A DNA stretch of 64,000 nucleotides from a virus (Duplodnaviria; Caudoviricetes), in the IMG/VR virus record IMGVR_UViG_3300012979_000030, positions 32,001-96,000 of that record, one strand, 5' to 3'. Positions 58,174 through 64,000 of this stretch are shown in pieces (position 1 is the stretch's first letter; each line of letters opens with the position of its first letter). A model generated the notes under the pieces. The model did not search any database. It was not told where the DNA came from and saw only the letters and a list, made by a program, of their open reading frames with translations. Both the position numbers and the translations under genes were made by a program.

Positions 58174-58662
58174 ATGAGATATCATGATATTACAAAAGAT
58201 GATATGAAAAATGGAATGGGTTTAAGAGTTGTTTTATGGGTATCCGGATGTTCACATTGTTGTAAAGGTTGTCAAAACCCAATAACATGGAATCATAATA
58301 GTGGTTTAGAATTTGATGATTCTGCAAAACAAGAAATTTTTGAACAACTAGATAAAGATTATATTTCTGGTATCACATTATCCGGTGGTGATCCATTTTT
58401 TATGGGTAATAGAGAAGAAATTTTAAATTTAATTAAAGAAATTAAAGAAAAATATCCAAATAAAACAATTTGGTCATATACTGGGTATGAATGGGAAGAT
58501 GTTAAAGATTTAGAGCATATGAATTATATTGATGTTATGTTGGTTGGTAAGTTTATTCAAACAATGTTCAATGCTAATGCCAAGTGGGTTGGTTCTGATA
58601 ATCAAAGAGTAATTGATGTAAAGAAATCATTAGAATCAAATGAAGTAGTATTATATGAATAA
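58174..58662 (+). CDS. nrdG: Anaerobic RNR activase (radical SAM)
   Basis: NG.GLRVVLWVSGCSHCCKGCQN (CxxxCxxC), TLSGGDP, GS.NQRVID. Confidence 0.95.
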   Translation: MRYHDITKDDMKNGMGLRVVLWVSGCSHCCKGCQNPITWNHNSGLEFDDSAKQEIFEQLDKDYISGITLSGGDPFFMGNREEILNLIKEIKEKYPNKTIWSYTGYEWEDVKDLEHMNYIDVMLVGKFIQTMFNANAKWVGSDNQRVIDVKKSLESNEVVLYE

Positions 58663-58698
58663 TAAATAATTACATATAAAAATAATAAGGAAATAATA

Positions 58699-59265
58699 AT
58701 GAGTTATAATGATACATTAAGAACAAAAGTTCAAGGTCATTTGAGAATTTGGGAAAAAGAAACAGGTAAAGTTTTATTAGACCAACATAATGACATAAAT
58801 CCAGAAAATTTTTCATATGCAATTGCAACATCATTAATTGGTCAATCAAGTGTTGGAAATATTAAATATATGGTATTTGGTGATGGTGGAGCACGTGCTA
58901 CAAGTTCAAACAAATATATATATTCTGTTCCACAAACAGTTGGTAGAGCAGCAACATTGTATAACAAAACATATGAACGTGATATGACAAAAACAGATGA
59001 TGATAATTATATGGAAGTTACACATTCATCTGGTAATGATTATACTGATATTATTGTTCATACAACCATCAAAAAGGATGATGTTATTACAACATTAGGT
59101 AGTGATGGAACAAATGGGTCAATTATAACAGAGGCAACTTTTTCTGAAATTGGGTTAGAAACAGCAAGAAATGATTTAATTACACATATTTGTTTCTTTC
59201 CAATTCAAAAAACATCTTCATCATCTCTTATTATTGATTATTTAATTAGAATTCAAATTATATAA
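58699..59265 (+). CDS. Putative baseplate/tail structural protein
   Basis: GHLRIW..ETGKVL...N.I..EN, FGDGG, FSEIGL, THICFFPIQK; AATAAATA upstream. Confidence 0.55.
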   Translation: MSYNDTLRTKVQGHLRIWEKETGKVLLDQHNDINPENFSYAIATSLIGQSSVGNIKYMVFGDGGARATSSNKYIYSVPQTVGRAATLYNKTYERDMTKTDDDNYMEVTHSSGNDYTDIIVHTTIKKDDVITTLGSDGTNGSIITEATFSEIGLETARNDLITHICFFPIQKTSSSSLIIDYLIRIQII

Positions 59266-59275
59266 GGATAAAAGT

Positions 59276-59536
59276 ATGTGGAATAGTATTAAAAATATGT
59301 TTAATACAACATATTTAAAGGGTAAAGAATTATTAAAGACTTCTTTTCAAATGTTGAAACAAACATTATTAACATTTGTGGAAGGAGTGTTTGTATATCT
59401 TATGGCATTAGTTACAGGGATATTACCTCTGTGTTGGGATTTTTTAACAAATGTTGTCAAATTATTGTATATTATGTTAAAAGATGGTATTATAAAATTG
59501 TTTGATAAAATTAAAAACTTTATAAACAAATTATAA
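59276..59536 (+). CDS. Small amphipathic/membrane protein
   Basis: AAGGA RBS; hydrophobic centre. Confidence 0.55.
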   Translation: MWNSIKNMFNTTYLKGKELLKTSFQMLKQTLLTFVEGVFVYLMALVTGILPLCWDFLTNVVKLLYIMLKDGIIKLFDKIKNFINKL

Positions 59537-59607
59537 TAAGTGTTGTGGGTTGATTTATACTCTACTTGTTACCCACTTAAAATAAAGAACTAAAGGAGAA
59601 ATATAAT

Positions 59608-60153
59608 ATGACTTTTGTAGATAAATTATTAATTTATAATAAAAAATATATTGTTTCTAGTATATATCAAAATACAGTATATAACAATAAACCATTATAT
59701 GAATATTTTGGTGAGAAAAAGAAAACAAACAAAAAAGGCAAGACATTTGAATCTCTCTTAAATAAGATGCTATCAAATGTAGTTCCAAATCTTGATATTA
59801 AATATACAAAAATGAGTTTGGGTGATTGTATTAAATATGAAAAATGTTTTTTAAAACATTTTAATAGATATATTAGCATTAATGAATTATATGAATATAT
59901 TAGAATATCAAATGGTGATTTTATAGTTGTGTTGCCACCTAGTTTTTTTTGTAGAAAATATCAAGTTGTATGTTATGATATGAATGGTATTCAAAAATAT
60001 ATAGATTATGTGTCATTGGATGATTCTATAAAAGATAATAGAATAAAATTGTATAATAGATATTTCAAACATATAACAATGGATAATGTAAATGAAATAT
60101 TCTGCAATTCAACAATAGAAGAACACATTGATTTAAAAAAAAGGTTCTTATAA
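59608..60153 (+). CDS. Hypothetical basic protein
   Basis: AAGGAG RBS. Confidence 0.6.
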   Translation: MTFVDKLLIYNKKYIVSSIYQNTVYNNKPLYEYFGEKKKTNKKGKTFESLLNKMLSNVVPNLDIKYTKMSLGDCIKYEKCFLKHFNRYISINELYEYIRISNGDFIVVLPPSFFCRKYQVVCYDMNGIQKYIDYVSLDDSIKDNRIKLYNRYFKHITMDNVNEIFCNSTIEEHIDLKKRFL

Positions 60154-60166
60154 GAACCTTTTTTTA
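60135..60166. terminator. Bidirectional terminator
   Basis: AAAAAAAAGGTTCTT-at-AAGAACCTTTTTTT between convergent genes. Confidence 0.7.
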
Positions 60167-61030
60167 TTTTATATCCTTAATTGAACCTCTCCCTTTATGT
60201 AGATTATCATCAGGATTATATGCAAATTTTACAGATGAACCCTTGGGTCTTGAATAATATGTTTTATCTTTATTAATATTATATCTACCTTGACCTACAA
60301 TAAACACCATACCGGTTTTATCACCAATTTTTATTTTTGATGAATCAGCATATGCTTTATTTGTTGCAATTTCTTCAACTTTATTAGAATTTTGTTCTTT
60401 AAAGAAAATGGAATCCTGGTTGAATATTTTCCCAAGTCTTACTGCTTGTTCTTTTGATATTTTTGGAATGAAGAAACTGTTTTCTTCTGAATCTCTATCC
60501 TCTGGATTAACTCTTGGTTGTCCTAATTCATCAAATCCACCTCGTGTTTTAACATATCCCCTTAATCCCCATTTATTTAATAACAATTCAATTTGTTTTG
60601 TTCTTCTGTTATTAAATGCTTTTTTATCTTGTTCATTTTTGAATGATGATGTATTTCGTTCTGCTGAAATATTTGCAAATGAATCTTTAGTATTATCTAA
60701 ATGTTGGTTGAATCTTGATGCTTTTGTTTCATCTAATTCATTTGATGATTCTAATTCTTTCACTTTCTCTTTCCAATATTTAAGATTTCTTTCTGCTCTT
60801 GGGATTGATCCATTTGAGAAACCAAAATCATCATACTCTGCTAATAATAATTCATATTCCCAAGCACTAACTTGATCTTTTGCATATTGAAGTGTTATTT
60901 TTTCTTCTTGTTCATCTAATACCTCAACATCATCAATGTGTTCATTGAATTCTGTTAATATGTTGTAAAATTGTTCATTTGAACATTCTATTATTTTTGT
61001 AATATTATTTGTTGATATTCTTGCTTTCAT
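60164..61030 (-). CDS. Hypothetical protein, probably an internal virion protein
   Basis: NISAER...GYVKTRGGF.E...EENSFFIP...LG..FNQDSIFF motif; GAGG RBS at 61030. Confidence 0.6.
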   Translation of the reverse strand: MKARISTNNITKIIECSNEQFYNILTEFNEHIDDVEVLDEQEEKITLQYAKDQVSAWEYELLLAEYDDFGFSNGSIPRAERNLKYWKEKVKELESSNELDETKASRFNQHLDNTKDSFANISAERNTSSFKNEQDKKAFNNRRTKQIELLLNKWGLRGYVKTRGGFDELGQPRVNPEDRDSEENSFFIPKISKEQAVRLGKIFNQDSIFFKEQNSNKVEEIATNKAYADSSKIKIGDKTGMVFIVGQGRYNINKDKTYYSRPKGSSVKFAYNPDDNLHKGRGSIKDIK

Positions 61031-62582
61031 TTGTTTCCTCATTTAATTTTTTAACAACATCTTTTGCAATACTTCTTAATATTTTTAATGATGTTGATTC
61101 TTTCTTTTCATCATTGCTTTTTGGTTTATAGTCGTCTGGTTTGACCCATTTTTTATATGGATTTTCATCTTTTTCTAAAGAACGATTTATTCTTTGTTGT
61201 GTGTTTAAAAATGCAAACCCATTTAAGTTTGTGATTCCAGGATGACCACCACTTGTTTTTAAAATAATCTCAGATATTGGTAGAGAGAATCTGTTTAAAA
61301 ATTTAACAATTTTTGATTTTAATTGTAATTGTTCTTGTGTGTCATCATCTTTTGGTGTAATTTCTGATGGTTTTAGATTCATACATTTCTCTATATTCAT
61401 TTGTAATCTTTCATTTACATCATAAGTTTTGTTAAACAATGACATAAACTCATTATAGTCAAAACCTAATGCTAATTCTTCTCTTTCCTTGGATACATTT
61501 TCTTCCATTGTTTTTTTAATTGCCAATAATGATATATCATATTTGTCTTTGTTTAATAATGGAACATATTTGTTTTTAAAAATATCATCAATAACTAAAT
61601 TTCCTAAATGTATACCATCATTTTTTGTTTCTTTATTCCAATTGTTTTTTGATACTTGCATCATACCAATTGAATCCCAAATCATGATAAAATATTTTGC
61701 ATCTGGATAATTTTTGAAAGCAGTATAACGGTCATATGAACCTGTTTTCATCATATTACCACCACCAATCTGAACAATTGTATTACCAATTAATGCATTT
61801 TTACCATATGATAATTGCTCAATAGTATCAATGTCTGCATTTTGTATTTGTTTATCTTTTTGAGAATCTGCATAATAATCTGAATTTTTTTGTAATTGTA
61901 ATATATCTACCCAACCCTTATCACCATTTGAAATATGCTCTTTAATAATACTCAATGCATTTCTATACATTGAATATAATGATGGTGATGATGTCATAAT
62001 AATGGTTTCTAAGAAATCTGGTTTATTTTTGTATGCTAATAGAACCTTATTAACTACCATACCAAATCTTAAATGGTTTTGTATTTTGTTTCTGTCTTTA
62101 TTCCATTTAAATATGTAATTTTTTAATTCATCAATACCAATTCCTTCATCTGAATAACCAGCAGAATCAACCATATCTATTACTTTTATATCTTCTTGTG
62201 AAAAAATTGATGATGGTGAAATTATTGATGAAATTGTGCCAGCATTTGACTTTGAATGGGAAAAGTGACTGGATTGATTATTATATGAAATCTGTGAATC
62301 ATGGTGATCTGTATGTATTTTCATAAATGGTTTACCATGTGCAAAATCAACTAAAACAGGTAATATATCATTGCTTGGTTTTAGAATTGCATATTCCATA
62401 CCACCATATTGTATTCTTTCAACAGAAACAACCTTAATTCCATTTTTTTCAAGGTAATGTTTCATTGCAACAGCACTACATACACCATCCATATCAATAT
62501 GAAAATATATTTTTGCCTTATTATACTCTTTTGCTATTGAATTTATATTTCGAATACCTGATTCATACAAATCTAATTTCAT
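61005..62582 (-). CDS. DHH-family phosphoesterase-like protein
   Basis: YFHIDMDGVCSA (DxDG), LVDFAH, TDHH and late SGGH motifs. Confidence 0.75.
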   Translation of the reverse strand: MKLDLYESGIRNINSIAKEYNKAKIYFHIDMDGVCSAVAMKHYLEKNGIKVVSVERIQYGGMEYAILKPSNDILPVLVDFAHGKPFMKIHTDHHDSQISYNNQSSHFSHSKSNAGTISSIISPSSIFSQEDIKVIDMVDSAGYSDEGIGIDELKNYIFKWNKDRNKIQNHLRFGMVVNKVLLAYKNKPDFLETIIMTSSPSLYSMYRNALSIIKEHISNGDKGWVDILQLQKNSDYYADSQKDKQIQNADIDTIEQLSYGKNALIGNTIVQIGGGNMMKTGSYDRYTAFKNYPDAKYFIMIWDSIGMMQVSKNNWNKETKNDGIHLGNLVIDDIFKNKYVPLLNKDKYDISLLAIKKTMEENVSKEREELALGFDYNEFMSLFNKTYDVNERLQMNIEKCMNLKPSEITPKDDDTQEQLQLKSKIVKFLNRFSLPISEIILKTSGGHPGITNLNGFAFLNTQQRINRSLEKDENPYKKWVKPDDYKPKSNDEKKESTSLKILRSIAKDVVKKLNEETNESKNINK

Positions 62583-62700
62583 ATTTTTGATAACCTCATT
62601 TTAATTACTATTTTATAATATTTATTTGTATAAAACAAGATGAAATACATAACAGAATTAATGTATAAATAATAATATATTATTATTGTATTGGTGTGTT

Positions 62701-64000
62701 ATGGAAAAACAAGTATTGAATGAAAAGTATTTGCATAGTGATGTAACATTTGGTTTTGAATTGGAAGCAAATGTTTATTATGATTATGTCCCACTTGATT
62801 ACGATTCACATGTATGGGATGATTATATAAATTACAATATTAATAACCCATCACAATTTGAAAATTTGGGGGAATTTGTTGATTTTTTTATAGATGATTC
62901 ATATGATTTTCTTAATAATGATCCACAGTCAAGACATTTGATTGATGATACTAAAATGTATGATAATGTTAAGAAAAAAATTGAAAAATATTTTCCAAAA
63001 TCAGCACCTTGGATAATAAATTATTCTGATAAAATTGAATATGATGGATCATTAGCAGCAAATGGTTTTGAATGGCCATCACACACCATGAAATTTACAC
63101 CAGATGCAATTGCTCATTGTATTCATTTTTTAAGTAATTTAGATGAGGAACATATTTATGTTGATGATACATGTGGGTTTCATACACATATATCATTTCC
63201 AAATTTTACACTAGATGATGTGAAATGGATTGTTTTAAATATTGCATTAAATGATGAATATATAAATGAATTCACATCAATGGTATACAATGACTACAAA
63301 TTTGATTTTATTGATTATTATGCAAAAGAAACATTTTTTAGTGATATTAGAACTGCTTTTAATGAAAAAAACTTCAGCAAACTATCAGAGTTGTTAGATG
63401 ATGAAAAGTATAGGGTATTGAGAATTCACCCACAAGGTACATTGGAATGGAGGGGTCCAAGAGGATTTTTGAATGAAGAAGAGGATAAGAAATTAATCAA
63501 ACAATTTTTTGTAAAGTTATTTAAGGTTGTAAATATTATATCTGATATATTAAAATCAAATTATATTGGTGATTATGATAAAAACACAATATTAGAACTT
63601 TTAAACACAAATGATATGCCATTTGGTAAGACACCATCCAGATATAAAGATTTTATTTTTAAATTACAAGATAACCCCAAAAAATTATACTCCTTAAAAG
63701 ATTCACCATTAAGTTTTATATTCAAAATAATTAAAAATAATGAACATAGTACAATGATATTGTCAAAATTATTGTATAGATTAATTGTTATGGAGAATAA
63801 ACAAGTCCCAACAAATATATTAGCAATGTTCATAATGTGTGATGATATATTTTCTGTAAAACAACTCAATGATATTATTAAACATTTAAAACAACCATTA
63901 CCAATTAAGGAAATGATACAGTGTAATAGATGGTATAATTATACCGAGGAATTGCTAATTATACAACTAATCCGTTTTTTAGAATCATATTCTATTGATG
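62701..64000 (+). CDS. Amidoligase-2-like protein C (partial, runs off the window end)
   Basis: Open frame from ATG 62701: MEKQVLNEKYLHSDVTFGFELE...YDGSL...FEWPS...TCGFHTHIS...KYRVLRIHPQGTLEWRGPRGF; TATAAATA at 62664; absent from the ORF track because it has no stop. Confidence 0.8.
   Translation, partial: MEKQVLNEKYLHSDVTFGFELEANVYYDYVPLDYDSHVWDDYINYNINNPSQFENLGEFVDFFIDDSYDFLNNDPQSRHLIDDTKMYDNVKKKIEKYFPKSAPWIINYSDKIEYDGSLAANGFEWPSHTMKFTPDAIAHCIHFLSNLDEEHIYVDDTCGFHTHISFPNFTLDDVKWIVLNIALNDEYINEFTSMVYNDYKFDFIDYYAKETFFSDIRTAFNEKNFSKLSELLDDEKYRVLRIHPQGTLEWRGPRGFLNEEEDKKLIKQFFVKLFKVVNIISDILKSNYIGDYDKNTILELLNTNDMPFGKTPSRYKDFIFKLQDNPKKLYSLKDSPLSFIFKIIKNNEHSTMILSKLLYRLIVMENKQVPTNILAMFIMCDDIFSVKQLNDIIKHLKQPLPIKEMIQCNRWYNYTEELLIIQLIRFLESYSID

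Noticed and set aside
42620-58662. Bacterial chromosome origin, suggested by groEL/groES, nrdDG, yqeY and the response regulator
   Set aside because: These genes are interleaved with neck, head-completion, UvsW, clamp-loader and tail genes and T4-type late promoters; no ribosomal or other cellular core operons are present
15436-63869. Antisense and shadow ORFs in the track (e.g. 15436..15879, 43197..43652, 44031..44468, 48772..49227, 60408..60875, 63573..63869)
   Set aside because: They lie opposite well-supported genes, lack RBSs and have the composition expected of reverse-strand codon mirrors

Overview
AT-rich (visibly low GC), densely coding segment of a large lytic tailed-phage genome with T4-superfamily/jumbo-myovirus-like gene content and the standard genetic code. 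Core genes include a UvsW-like helicase, clamp-loader subunit, gp4-like head-completion nuclease, gp13-like neck protein, dNMP kinase, PNK/phosphoesterase, anaerobic RNR NrdD/NrdG and GroEL/GroES. Sigma70-type TTGACA-N17-TATAAT promoters and T4-type TATAAATA late promoters are both present. Four accessory blocks stand out. (1) Five tandem BspA-like LRR genes (1.6-7.6 kb) carry 69-nt repeats with fixed hypervariable positions and inter-gene mosaicism. The LRR N-cap motif sits at the C-terminus of the preceding gene, and a PEGA-like domain is likewise split among other virion genes, suggesting a plug-and-socket appendage system. (2) An unbroken array of 11 orphan DNA methyltransferases (20-30 kb) has conserved junction sequences, and one gene carries a LAGLIDADG intein at the catalytic Cys. 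(3) A LuxR/NarL regulator lies divergent from an uncharacterised late operon. (4) Three paralogous amidoligase-2-like genes are present. No tRNA, rRNA or CRISPR array was recognised. All family calls come from motif recognition by eye, not database searches.
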